DNA of 14,190 bases, taken from the NCBI GenBank assembly GCA_046726415.1, contig JBKPAK010000074.1, positions 1 through 14,190 of the forward strand. The letters run 5' to 3'. The translations under genes and the position numbers were made by a program. The stretch's first letter is position 1, and every line of letters begins with the position of its first letter. Source of the DNA: Candidatus Methylomirabilota bacterium. Its GTDB lineage: Bacteria > Methylomirabilota > Methylomirabilia > Rokubacteriales > CSP1-6. Positions 1-7,611 of the stretch are shown one piece after another. Below the pieces are notes generated by a model. The model was not told where the DNA came from and did no database searches. It was given only the letters and a program-made list of their open reading frames with translations.

Positions 1-2
1 TG

Positions 3-689
3 CAGGAGGCGCGGCGCCGCGTGCGCGCGGCCGAGGCGGCCGTGCGTGAAGCGCGCACGCGCAAGCGCGCGGCCGAGGCCGCCGTCGATCAGGGCGTGGC
101 CACTCGTCAGGAGGCCGGCCACGCCATGGAGCAATCGCGCCACGACCTGTCCCGTGCCCGCGATCTCCTGGCCCAGTTCGGTGAGCTCAACGCTCGCCTG
201 CAGGCCGCTGAGGCCACGGTGCGTGCGGCCGAGCTCGACGTCGGCTATTGCCGCGTGAGCGCTCCCTTCGATGCCTACGTCACCAACTTAAACATCGCCG
301 TCGGCGAGTACGCGCGGCAGGGGCAGCAGATCTTCGCGCTCGTCGACAACCGCGCCTGGTATGTGCTGGCGAACTTTCGCGAGACGTACATGCCGTCCAT
401 CAAGCCCGGCATGGAAGCCGAGGTCTACCTCCTCACCTACCCCGGCCGCCCCTTTCGCGGCGTGGTGCAGGGCATAGGCTGGGCCAATCACCCCGCCGAC
501 GGCGCCACGGTGGGGGTGCTGCCCGATGTCCGGAAAACCCTGAACTGGGTGCGCCTGGCCAACCGCTTCCCCGTGCGCATACTCCTCGAGGATCGCGATG
601 CCGAGCACCCCTTCCGGATGGGCACCACGGCTGTCGTCACGATCCGGGGTTTCCCACGCGGCACGTCGCCGGCCCCGCCGCCGCGCTGA
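3..689 (+). CDS. HlyD-family membrane fusion protein (MdtN/AaeA-like), 5'-truncated by the window edge
   Basis: The frame is open from base 3 to TGA 687-689. An Ala/Arg/Glu-rich coiled coil is followed by 'VSAPFDAYVTNLNIAVGEY', 'ANFRET', 'F.G.VQGIGW' and 'LNWVRLANRFPVRI', which are typical of AaeA/MdtN/YibH-type adaptors. Confidence 0.92.
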   Translation, partial: QEARRRVRAAEAAVREARTRKRAAEAAVDQGVATRQEAGHAMEQSRHDLSRARDLLAQFGELNARLQAAEATVRAAELDVGYCRVSAPFDAYVTNLNIAVGEYARQGQQIFALVDNRAWYVLANFRETYMPSIKPGMEAEVYLLTYPGRPFRGVVQGIGWANHPADGATVGVLPDVRKTLNWVRLANRFPVRILLEDRDAEHPFRMGTTAVVTIRGFPRGTSPAPPPR

Positions 690-691
690 GC

Positions 692-2872
692 GTGGCCAAG
701 GGCGCGGCGGTCCAATGGAGCGCCCCGGCGCGGCTCCTCGCGTTCCTGAGGGCCGAGCTCGCGCCGACGCCGGGGCGGTCCAAGGTCACTCTGCGCATCG
801 TCGCCACGTGCCTGGCGGGCACCGGGCTCGTCATGAGCCTCCACGCGCCCCACGGCAACTGGATCGTCTGGACCATCTTTCACGTGAACAGCGAGGATGC
901 GGGCGCATCGCTCATCCACGGTGTTCAGCGCGTCATCAGCACGCTGGCCGGCGCCGCGATCGGCATGCTGATCGGCATCGCCTTCGCCAACGAGCCCCAG
1001 TTCATGTTCGTGGGCGTCGGGGTGGCGGTGGCGGTGTTCATGTTCCTGTCCCGCACCACCAGCGCGCGCGACAGCAGCGTGCTGGCCGCCTTCACCATGC
1101 TGCTCGTGGTGACCTCGCATCTCGACGCCCCAGACGCCCAGATCGAGACCGGCCTCTGGCGGGCCCTCATGGTCTTGGTCGGCGTCATCCTCGGAACCGG
1201 GGCTCAGCTCGTCCTGTGGCCCCAGGATCCGGAGCAGCGACTGCTCGACGACGTCGCCCAGCGCCTGGCCCGGATCGAAGCCTTGCTGGGCCGCGCGGCG
1301 GCGTCGCCCCCTGACGCGCCGGGCACGCCGGCCAGACCCGACCTCGTCGCAGTCAGCGGACTGACCCGCGAGCTCGACCTTCTGGCCAACGCCGAGGCCC
1401 GCTACCCATCGCTCCGTCGACGCCACACGGAGCAGATCGCCCTCATCACAGAGACCGAGCGGCTTCTGACGAACGCGGTCTGGCTGGTGGAGCTCGTCGA
1501 AGACCCGCCGCGGCTCTATCGTCTCGACGAGGGGCTGCGCTCGCGCCTGAGGGTGCTGGGCGCGGCGTGCGCGCGGCTGCGCAGCGACCTCGCCGCGCGA
1601 CGACCGACGGCTGCCGAAGACGTCCCGTACCCGTCCACGGGGCCGGTCGATCCCGGGGTCGGCCTGGAAAGCCTGCTCGCCTACATGGAGGGTACGATGG
1701 CGCGCATGGCGGCGGCCACGGGCTTTCTCAACCCTTCAGAAACCGCGGCCCCACAACTGGCGCCCCGCCGCTCCCCGCTCGATTCACCGGCCCGCGCGCC
1801 GTTCTTCAGTCCGGCCTTCGCGCTGGCCAACACCGCGGACATGAAGTTCGCCCTGAAGTGCGCGCTCGCCGTCGAGATCTGCCTGCTGATCGCGCTCGGT
1901 CTGGACTGGCCCGGACTGCTGCAGGCCACCGCGACCTGCGCGATCGTCGCCCAGAGCACCCTCGGGGCCAGTGTCTTCAAGGCCTTCCTGCGGCTGTTGG
2001 GCGCGGCCGTCGGGGGCCTGCTCGGCCTGCTCGTGATCCTGGTCGTCATGCCCAACGCGGAAAGCCTGGCCTGGCTGATGTTGCCGTTCGCGGCCGCCTT
2101 CTGGATCGCGGGCTGGCTGGAGGCGGGAAGCTCGCGGATCGCGTACGCCGGCCTGCAGGCGGGCATGGGCTTCGGCGTCTCCGTGCTCGGCGTGTTCGGT
2201 CCGGCCACCGACCTCGTCCCCCCGCGCGATCGCGTCCTCAGCATTGTCCTGGGCATCGCCGTGATGGGAATGGTCTATCAGTGGATCTGGCCCGTCCGGG
2301 CCAGCCGCGCCATGCGGCCGGCCCTGGCGGCAACGCTGCGAGCCATGGCCATGCTCGCGGAGTGGAAGCGAGCCGCCGGCGGCTACGCGTCGGAAGTCGC
2401 CGCCGCCGCCCGTCACCGGACCGCGGTCTACCGAGGCCTGGGGACGGTCCTTCGCCTGCGAGAGGAAGCGGCGCTGGAACCCGGTGCCGATAGGCCGGCA
2501 GCCCGCGCAGAGCGAGACCGTGTCCTTGCCCTGGCCGCCGATGTGCAGGGCGTCTTTCTCTCGCTCCTGTCCCTGGCCCGCCATAGGCTCCAGACCGACG
2601 CCACCGCCGTCCCCCGTGAGGCCACGCCGCCGCTCGACGAGTTCGATCGCGGCGTTCGGCAGACGCTGGAGGCTATCGCCGACGCCGTCGAGGGCAAGGC
2701 GACGAGACCACTTCCCGACATGCGCGGTGCGCTGGAGGAACTAGCGCGTGTGGACGCCGAGCTGTCGGCCCCCACCGCGCGAGTGGACGTCGCGAGGCTC
2801 ACGCACTTCAAGCGGGAAGTGACGATCCGCCGCCACGTCCTCGCTCACGTCGAGCGCCTCGCTCGGCTATGA
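692..2872 (+). CDS. FUSC-family (MdtO/AaeB-like) efflux inner-membrane protein, ~726 aa
   Basis: Likely GTG start at 692, 2 nt after the adaptor stop; the ORF-track start at 248 overlaps the upstream gene. N-terminal 'FLRAELAPTPGR' and two multi-TM blocks separated by a helical cytoplasmic region, with 'KFALK...C' and 'RIAYAGLQAG...RDRVLSIVLG', match the MdtO-like pattern. Confidence 0.88.
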   Translation: MAKGAAVQWSAPARLLAFLRAELAPTPGRSKVTLRIVATCLAGTGLVMSLHAPHGNWIVWTIFHVNSEDAGASLIHGVQRVISTLAGAAIGMLIGIAFANEPQFMFVGVGVAVAVFMFLSRTTSARDSSVLAAFTMLLVVTSHLDAPDAQIETGLWRALMVLVGVILGTGAQLVLWPQDPEQRLLDDVAQRLARIEALLGRAAASPPDAPGTPARPDLVAVSGLTRELDLLANAEARYPSLRRRHTEQIALITETERLLTNAVWLVELVEDPPRLYRLDEGLRSRLRVLGAACARLRSDLAARRPTAAEDVPYPSTGPVDPGVGLESLLAYMEGTMARMAAATGFLNPSETAAPQLAPRRSPLDSPARAPFFSPAFALANTADMKFALKCALAVEICLLIALGLDWPGLLQATATCAIVAQSTLGASVFKAFLRLLGAAVGGLLGLLVILVVMPNAESLAWLMLPFAAAFWIAGWLEAGSSRIAYAGLQAGMGFGVSVLGVFGPATDLVPPRDRVLSIVLGIAVMGMVYQWIWPVRASRAMRPALAATLRAMAMLAEWKRAAGGYASEVAAAARHRTAVYRGLGTVLRLREEAALEPGADRPAARAERDRVLALAADVQGVFLSLLSLARHRLQTDATAVPREATPPLDEFDRGVRQTLEAIADAVEGKATRPLPDMRGALEELARVDAELSAPTARVDVARLTHFKREVTIRRHVLAHVERLARL

Positions 2873-2886
2873 CGAGGGGGGCCCGA

Positions 2887-2907
2887 TAGGTGCCTTGGCG
2901 GCGCCTG
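2887..2907. terminator. Short hairpin between convergent FUSC and aroM genes
   Basis: AGGTGCC-ttggc-GGCGCCT stem (one G:U pair on +) in the 47-bp convergent gap; no U-tract. Confidence 0.3.
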
Positions 2908-2919
2908 AACCCCACTGGT

Positions 2920-3582
2920 TCAGACCGCTTCGGCGGCTATGCGAGCAACTAGGCTGGTGGGAAGCAGCGCGGGAACGCCTGCGACATCGCGCAGGATCGC
3001 CCCCATCCCCTGCGTGTAGCCCATGCAGCTCATGGCGATGAAGCTGACCCCGGCGCGTTTCAGCTCCTCGGCCGCCCCCACCAGCGCCTGGGCCCCCGCG
3101 TAGGGCGAGGCCACGGCGATGGCGGCGCGCGCGTCGATCGGCGCCCAGCGCGGGGCCATGCTCTCGCGTTGCTCCTCGAGGGGAATGAGCACACCCAACC
3201 GGCCGCCCGCGAAGACGGCCTGGGTGACGGCGAAGAGGATGCGGTCGGGTTCCAGGACCGGGCGTGAGAAGCGGAAGGCCGGAAAGGCGCCCGTGCACAT
3301 GATGACCGCGGCGTCGACCTGCGCCTCGAGGCGGTCGAGGCAGGCCTGGAGGCGGTCGAGGATCGCGTGCTTGGCCACGATGACCTGACGGCCATCGCGC
3401 AGCCGCGTCACGAGATGTTCGTGCCCGGCTCGCGGCGCCAGCGCGGTAACCTCGGCGTGCGACAGCCCGTCCAGGGCGCCGGCTTGCTGCACGTGGATCT
3501 CCGGCCCCAGCAGCTTCTCCATCTCAGGCACTGTGTCGTGGCGCGGTGACTGGCCGATGGTGATCATGCCGATCGTCTTCAT
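2920..3582 (-). CDS. aroM: AroM-family protein (Asp/Glu racemase superfamily), 220 aa
   Basis: ATG at 3582 overlaps the tkt stop (ATGA), with GGAGG at 3589-3593. Contains 'IGMITIGQSPR.D', 'GALDGL', 'LVTRLRDG', 'MCTG.F', 'ASPY' and 'MSCMGY', which I recognise as AroM motifs. Confidence 0.85.
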   Translation of the reverse strand: MKTIGMITIGQSPRHDTVPEMEKLLGPEIHVQQAGALDGLSHAEVTALAPRAGHEHLVTRLRDGRQVIVAKHAILDRLQACLDRLEAQVDAAVIMCTGAFPAFRFSRPVLEPDRILFAVTQAVFAGGRLGVLIPLEEQRESMAPRWAPIDARAAIAVASPYAGAQALVGAAEELKRAGVSFIAMSCMGYTQGMGAILRDVAGVPALLPTSLVARIAAEAV

Positions 3583-5654
3583 GGGCGACCTCCGCCGGAC
3601 TTGGCGAGCTGCTCCTTGGCGGCGGCGAGGACACGGTCGGGCGTGAAGCCAAACTTCTTTTGCAGATCCTTCAGCGGCGCCGAGGCGCCGAACGTATGCA
3701 TGCCGATGGCCTCGCCGGTGGTCCCGACGAAGCGATGCCAACCGAACGTGGACGCCTGCTCCACGGAGACGCGCGCGGTGACGTCCGTCGGCAGCACGCT
3801 CTCCCGATACTCCGGGCTCTGGCGATCGAACAACTCCCACGACGGCATGCTGACCACGCGCGCCCGGATCCCCTCGGCAGTCAGCTTCTCGTACGCCCCC
3901 ACGCAGAGCGAGACCTCGCTACCCGTGCCCAGGAGCAGGACGTCCGGTTTTCCGCCGGGAGCGTCGGCCAGCACGTAGGCGCCCCGGGCTACGCCCGAGG
4001 CTGGGGCGTACCGCGTGCGGTCCAAGGTGGGCAGGGCTTGGCGGCTGAGGATCAGGGCCACCGGATCGTGGCGGAGTTGCATGATCACGCGCCAGGCCTC
4101 CGTGACCTCGTTGGCATCGCCGGGCCGGATCGTGATGAGACCTGGAATGGCGCGCAGGGAAGCGAGATGCTCGACGGGCTGATGGGTGGGGCCGTCCTCC
4201 CCGACTCCGATCGAATCGTGGGTGAACACGTAGATGACCGGGATCTCCATGATGGCGCCCAGCCGCAGCGAGCCTCGCCCGTAATCGCTGAAGATCAGAA
4301 AGCCCGAGCCGAAGGCGCGAACTTTCGACAGTGCCAAACCGTTGATGACGGCGCCCATGGCGTGCTCGCGGATCCCGAAGTGGAAGTTTCGACCGGCCGG
4401 CGTGTCCGCTGCGAAATCCCCCGCCGCGGCGAAAGTCAGGCGGGTCTTGGTGGAGGGCGAAAGATCGGCGGCGCCACCGATCAGCCACGGCACCCGCTGC
4501 GCGAGGGCGTTGAGCACCTGGCCCGAGGAGTCGCGGCTGGCGATGCCTTTGGCGTCGGCGGGGAAGACGGGGAGGTCACGGTCCCAACCGTCCGGAAGCT
4601 CGCGACGCTGCATCCGCTGAAGCTGGTCCGCCATCTCCGGATACTGGCGCTGATAGTCGGTGAATTTGGCCATCCAGGCATCCCGCAGCGCTTGGCCACG
4701 CCGGCCGAGCTCCGCCTGGAAGTGCTCGCGCACACCGTCGGGAACGAGGAACTGCGCATTCTCCGGCCAGCCGTAGGCCCGCTTGGTGAGGCGCACCTCC
4801 TCGTCGCCCAAGGGCTCCCCGTGGGCGGCACTGGTGTCCTCCTTGTGCGGGGCGCCGTACCCGATGTGGCTTTCGACGATGACGAGGGTAGGCCGGTCAG
4901 TCGTGCGCTTAAAGCCCGTGAGGGCGCGCTCGATAGCGGCGTCGTCGTTGGCGTCGCTCACGCGCGTCACGTTCCAGTCGTAGCCGAGGAAGCGGGTGGC
5001 CACGTCTTCGGTGAAGGCGAGGTCGGTGTGCCCTTCGATGGTGACCTTGTTGCGATCGTAGATCCAGCAGAGGTTGGCCAGCCTCAGGTGGCCGGCCAGG
5101 GAGGCCGCCTCGCTGGCGATGCCTTCCATCATGCAGCCGTCGCCGCAGAGAGCATACACGTCGTAGTCGAACATCGTGAACCCCGGCCGGTTGAAGTACT
5201 GCGCCATCCAGTGGCCGGCGATGGCCATGCCCACGCTCGTGGCGACCCCCTGTCCGAGCGGGCCGGTCGTCGTCTCGATGCCCGAGGTCCAGCGATACTC
5301 GGGATGGCCCGGACACTTGCTCCCGAGCTGGCGGAACGTCTTGATGTCGTCGAGGGACACGCTCGCCTCGCCGAGGACTTCGTACTTGGGATTGACCGAC
5401 TTGACGCCGGTCAGGTGCAGCAGCGCATAGAGCAACATGGACGCGTGGCCGGCCGACAGGACGAAGCGATCGCGATTGGGCCAGATGGGATGGGCGGGAT
5501 CGAAGCGGAGGAAGCGTTGCCACAGGGTGTACGCCACCGGGGCCACCCCCATCGGGGTTCCGGGATGCCCGGAGCGCGCTTTCTGGATGGCATCGATGGC
5601 CAGGGTGCGAATGGTGTTGATGCAGAGCTGGTCCATGCTGGCCTGGTCGGTCAT
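3579..5654 (-). CDS. tkt: Transketolase, 691 aa
   Basis: INTIRTL..DAIQKA.SGHPG, NRDRFVLSAGH, GHPE, TTGPLGQG, ThDP motif GDGCMMEG...N, FGIREHAM, THDSIGVGEDGPTHQP. Confidence 0.98.
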   Translation of the reverse strand: MTDQASMDQLCINTIRTLAIDAIQKARSGHPGTPMGVAPVAYTLWQRFLRFDPAHPIWPNRDRFVLSAGHASMLLYALLHLTGVKSVNPKYEVLGEASVSLDDIKTFRQLGSKCPGHPEYRWTSGIETTTGPLGQGVATSVGMAIAGHWMAQYFNRPGFTMFDYDVYALCGDGCMMEGIASEAASLAGHLRLANLCWIYDRNKVTIEGHTDLAFTEDVATRFLGYDWNVTRVSDANDDAAIERALTGFKRTTDRPTLVIVESHIGYGAPHKEDTSAAHGEPLGDEEVRLTKRAYGWPENAQFLVPDGVREHFQAELGRRGQALRDAWMAKFTDYQRQYPEMADQLQRMQRRELPDGWDRDLPVFPADAKGIASRDSSGQVLNALAQRVPWLIGGAADLSPSTKTRLTFAAAGDFAADTPAGRNFHFGIREHAMGAVINGLALSKVRAFGSGFLIFSDYGRGSLRLGAIMEIPVIYVFTHDSIGVGEDGPTHQPVEHLASLRAIPGLITIRPGDANEVTEAWRVIMQLRHDPVALILSRQALPTLDRTRYAPASGVARGAYVLADAPGGKPDVLLLGTGSEVSLCVGAYEKLTAEGIRARVVSMPSWELFDRQSPEYRESVLPTDVTARVSVEQASTFGWHRFVGTTGEAIGMHTFGASAPLKDLQKKFGFTPDRVLAAAKEQLAKSGGGRP

Positions 5655-5657
5655 GGC

Positions 5658-6362
5658 TCAAACCTTTCGCGTGAGGTGACGAACGCCGGCGTCGCCGGCA
5701 ACGATGACGTCAGTGGCGAGTCCAACGAACAGTCCGTGCTCCACGATGCCGGCGCGGGCATCCAGACGCGCGGCCAGCTCGTGAGGCGCCGCGATGGGGC
5801 CGAACGCGCAGTCCACGATGAGGTTGCCTTCGTCCGTCGTGAAGGGCTGGCCATCCGCGCGCTGACGGGGGGTGACGCGGGCGCCCAGCGACTCGAGAAA
5901 TCGGACCTGCGAATGCCAGCAAAACGCCACGACCTCCACTGGCACCGCCCACCGCGTGCCGAGCCGCGGTGACAGCTTCTCATCGTCCACGACGATAACC
6001 TCGCGCCGGCTGGCCTGGGCGACGATTTTCTCGTGAAACAGCGCCCCCCCGCCGCCCTTGATCAGATCGAGGCTTGGGTCGACCTCGTCAGCACCGTCGA
6101 TGGTCACATCGATGTCGCCCGCGGCATCCAGCGCCACCGGGATCCCGAGCCGCCGCGCCTCGGAGTCGATGGCACTCGAGGTGGGCACTCCCACGATGTC
6201 GCGCAGCCGCCCCGTGCGCAGCAGCTCACCGATCCGCTGCACCGCGAAGATGGCCGTACTCCCGGTGCCGAGTCCCACCACCATGCCGGACGCCACCAAC
6301 TCCACCGCGCGCTCCGCCGCCCCCTGCTTGTGGCGCGCGCGAGCTTCGCTGTCCGCGCTCAC
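5658..6362 (-). CDS. rpiA: Ribose-5-phosphate isomerase A, ~234 aa
   Basis: [36 protein letters not shown] and GIVEHGLF motifs. The GTG at 6362 overlaps the pgl stop (GTGA) and is preferred over 6407. Confidence 0.96.
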   Translation of the reverse strand: MSADSEARARHKQGAAERAVELVASGMVVGLGTGSTAIFAVQRIGELLRTGRLRDIVGVPTSSAIDSEARRLGIPVALDAAGDIDVTIDGADEVDPSLDLIKGGGGALFHEKIVAQASRREVIVVDDEKLSPRLGTRWAVPVEVVAFCWHSQVRFLESLGARVTPRQRADGQPFTTDEGNLIVDCAFGPIAAPHELAARLDARAGIVEHGLFVGLATDVIVAGDAGVRHLTRKV

Positions 6363-7087
6363 CGCGGGCTCCCCAGTCGGGCGGCCGCAGCGGCGTCGAC
6401 CAGCCATCGGAGCTCGCCCGGTGAGGGCTTGATGGCCTGTGCCGGCAGCACCTCGGTCTCAAGAGGTCCTTCGAGGACCTGCCGCAACCGGTCGGCCTTG
6501 TCGCCACCCGCTACAAGGAACGTCACGCGGTCGGCGGCGTTGATCACCGGCGGGGTCAGGGTGATGCGCCACATCGAGACCACCTCCACGTACTGCGCCA
6601 GCACCCAGCGCGTCGGCTCGGTCACGGCGGGCAGCCCGGGAAAGATCGACGCCGTATGTCCGTTGTCGCCCATGCCGAGCAGCACGAGATCGAAGCCCGC
6701 GCCGGCGAGGACGCGGCGCAGCAGCGCTTCGTAGGCGGCGGCAGAGCGTTTGGGATCGTCTTCACCGCGAATCCGATGGACATTGGCCTCCGGCACCGGC
6801 ACCTTCGCCAGCAGGGTGTCGCGCGCCATGCGGTAATTGCTCTGCGGGTGCTCGGGCGGCACGCAGCGTTCGTCACCCCAGAAAACCTGCACGCGCGACC
6901 ACTCGAGCCGCCGCGCGAAAGCCTCGGTGGCGAGCAGGGCGTAGAACGCGGCGGGAGTCGAGCCGCCAGACAGCGCGACCGTAAATCGCCCGCGCCGCTC
7001 GAGGGCCCGGCTGGCTACCTCGACCACATGCTCGGCGGCGGCCTGCATCAAGCGCGGGCGATCAGGCAGGACGTCGACAGGCGGCAT
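6359..7087 (-). CDS. pgl: 6-phosphogluconolactonase (DevB type), 242 aa
   Basis: [34 protein letters not shown] and RITLT motifs. ATG at 7087 is preceded by a strong SD (GGGAGG). Confidence 0.95.
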   Translation of the reverse strand: MPPVDVLPDRPRLMQAAAEHVVEVASRALERRGRFTVALSGGSTPAAFYALLATEAFARRLEWSRVQVFWGDERCVPPEHPQSNYRMARDTLLAKVPVPEANVHRIRGEDDPKRSAAAYEALLRRVLAGAGFDLVLLGMGDNGHTASIFPGLPAVTEPTRWVLAQYVEVVSMWRITLTPPVINAADRVTFLVAGGDKADRLRQVLEGPLETEVLPAQAIKPSPGELRWLVDAAAAARLGSPR

Positions 7088-7100
7088 CAAGCCCCTCCCT

Positions 7101-7120
7101 TCGCAAACGGCCGTTTGAGA
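7101..7120. promoter_or_regulatory. Palindrome just upstream of the pgl SD (operator or mRNA hairpin)
   Basis: Perfect 14-bp palindrome CAAACGGCCGTTTG (7104-7117), extendable to TCGCAAACGGCCGTTTGAGA with one mismatched pair. Confidence 0.45.
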
Positions 7121-7182
7121 TACGCCCAACCCTGGCAGCAATCCCGTCGCCAGGCCGTGAGGCGTCCAGTCTTCGCCGGTCC

Positions 7183-7191
7183 AAGGTAGCA
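7183..7191 (-). promoter_or_regulatory. Candidate extended -10 promoter for the pgl operon
   Basis: The minus strand reads TGC-TACCTT (TGn + TAnnnT) ~95 nt upstream of the pgl ATG. No clear -35. Confidence 0.3.
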
Positions 7192-7216
7192 GAACTCGAC
7201 GTCGGAAAGGCCTCGC

Positions 7217-7284
7217 CGTGGTGACGGCGCCTTGACCGATCTGGGTCGACGTGGTGGCGCCTTGACCGATCTGGGTCGGTGTGG
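7217..7284. repeat. Two-copy tandem direct repeat (30-bp period) with internal dyad
   Basis: GGCGCCTTGACCGATCTGGGTCG is identical at 7226-7248 and 7256-7278, and the flanks partly match (CGTGGTG before, GTGG after). Each copy contains TTGACC-N6-GGTCG(A/G). Confidence 0.9.
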
Positions 7285-7310
7285 ATAATCGAGCATCCGC
7301 CCGCCACCAG

Positions 7311-7406
7311 ATGGGAACGGAGACGCTCGTCGTGTCCAACGACGCGCTGGCCCTGTGCGTCCTGGGCATTGCGGCGGGCCGCCTGCTGCTGGGACTGAGA
7401 GGGTAG
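7311..7406 (+). CDS. Putative small hydrophobic protein, 31 aa (MGTETLVVSNDALALCVLGIAAGRLLLGLRG)
   Basis: ATG 7311 to TAG 7404-7406; 26 of 30 codons after the ATG end in G/C. Upstream is TTGACC(7262)-16 nt-GATAAT(7284). An alternative GTG at 7332 has GGAG 9 nt upstream. The ORF is below the ORF-track length cutoff. Confidence 0.4.
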   Translation: MGTETLVVSNDALALCVLGIAAGRLLLGLRG

Positions 7407-7473
7407 TCGTGCAGCGGGGCGCCCGGACTGTTCGGCAACGACCTTCATTCGCCCGCAACGTCCTGAGGCGGAA

Positions 7474-7515
7474 GATGCCGGCGGGGCTCGGGTCAGCCCC
7501 CGACCCCGCCGGATC
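7474..7515. terminator. Strong GC-rich hairpin immediately 3' of tRNA-Gly
   Basis: GAT(g)CCGGCGGGG(c)TCGGG-tcagcc-CCCGACCCCGCCGGATC, ~17 bp with two bulges, starting 3 nt after the tRNA CCA. Only a weak U-tract (CTTCC) on the minus strand. Confidence 0.65.
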
Positions 7516-7518
7516 AGG

Positions 7519-7593
7519 TGGAGCGGGCGACCGGATTCGAACCGGCGACGTCAGGCTTGGGAAGCCTGCATTCTGCCACTGAATTACGCCCGC
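7519..7593 (-). tRNA. tRNA-Gly(CCC)
   Basis: The minus strand folds as a cloverleaf: GCGGGCG TA ATTC AGTGGCA GAAT G CAGGC TTCCCAA GCCTG ACGTC GCCGG TTCGAAT CCGGT CGCCCGC T CCA. Anticodon CCC, discriminator U73, CCA encoded. Confidence 0.98.
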
Positions 7594-7598
7594 CCGAT

Positions 7599-7611
7599 GG
7601 GGCGCATTGTA
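7599..7611 (-). promoter_or_regulatory. -10 element with GC-rich discriminator for tRNA-Gly
   Basis: The minus strand reads TACAAT (7611-7606) then GCGCCCC, directly after the SBP stop and 12 nt before the tRNA. This resembles stable-RNA promoters; no good -35. Confidence 0.6.

Noticed and set aside
248..691. N-terminal extension of the FUSC ORF
   Set aside because: It overlaps the HlyD gene in another frame and is Arg/Pro-rich non-coding-like sequence.
3660..5972. 770-aa plus-strand ORF antisense to tkt/rpiA
   Set aside because: Shadow frame caused by high-GC codon bias on the real strand; no recognisable motifs. The same applies to the other long antisense ORFs (e.g. 7597-8400, 8407-9411, 488-1426).
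7232..7249. FNR box
   Set aside because: FNR needs TTGAT-N4-ATCAA; the half-site and spacing here do not fit.
7226..7278. Repeat pair as a mini-CRISPR
   Set aside because: Only two copies with a 7-nt spacer, and no cas genes or leader.
7088..7438. 117-aa N-terminal extension of Pgl including the 'TQIGQGA' peptide repeat
   Set aside because: A strong SD precedes ATG 7087, and Pgl homology starts there. The peptide repeat is just the translated 30-bp DNA duplication.
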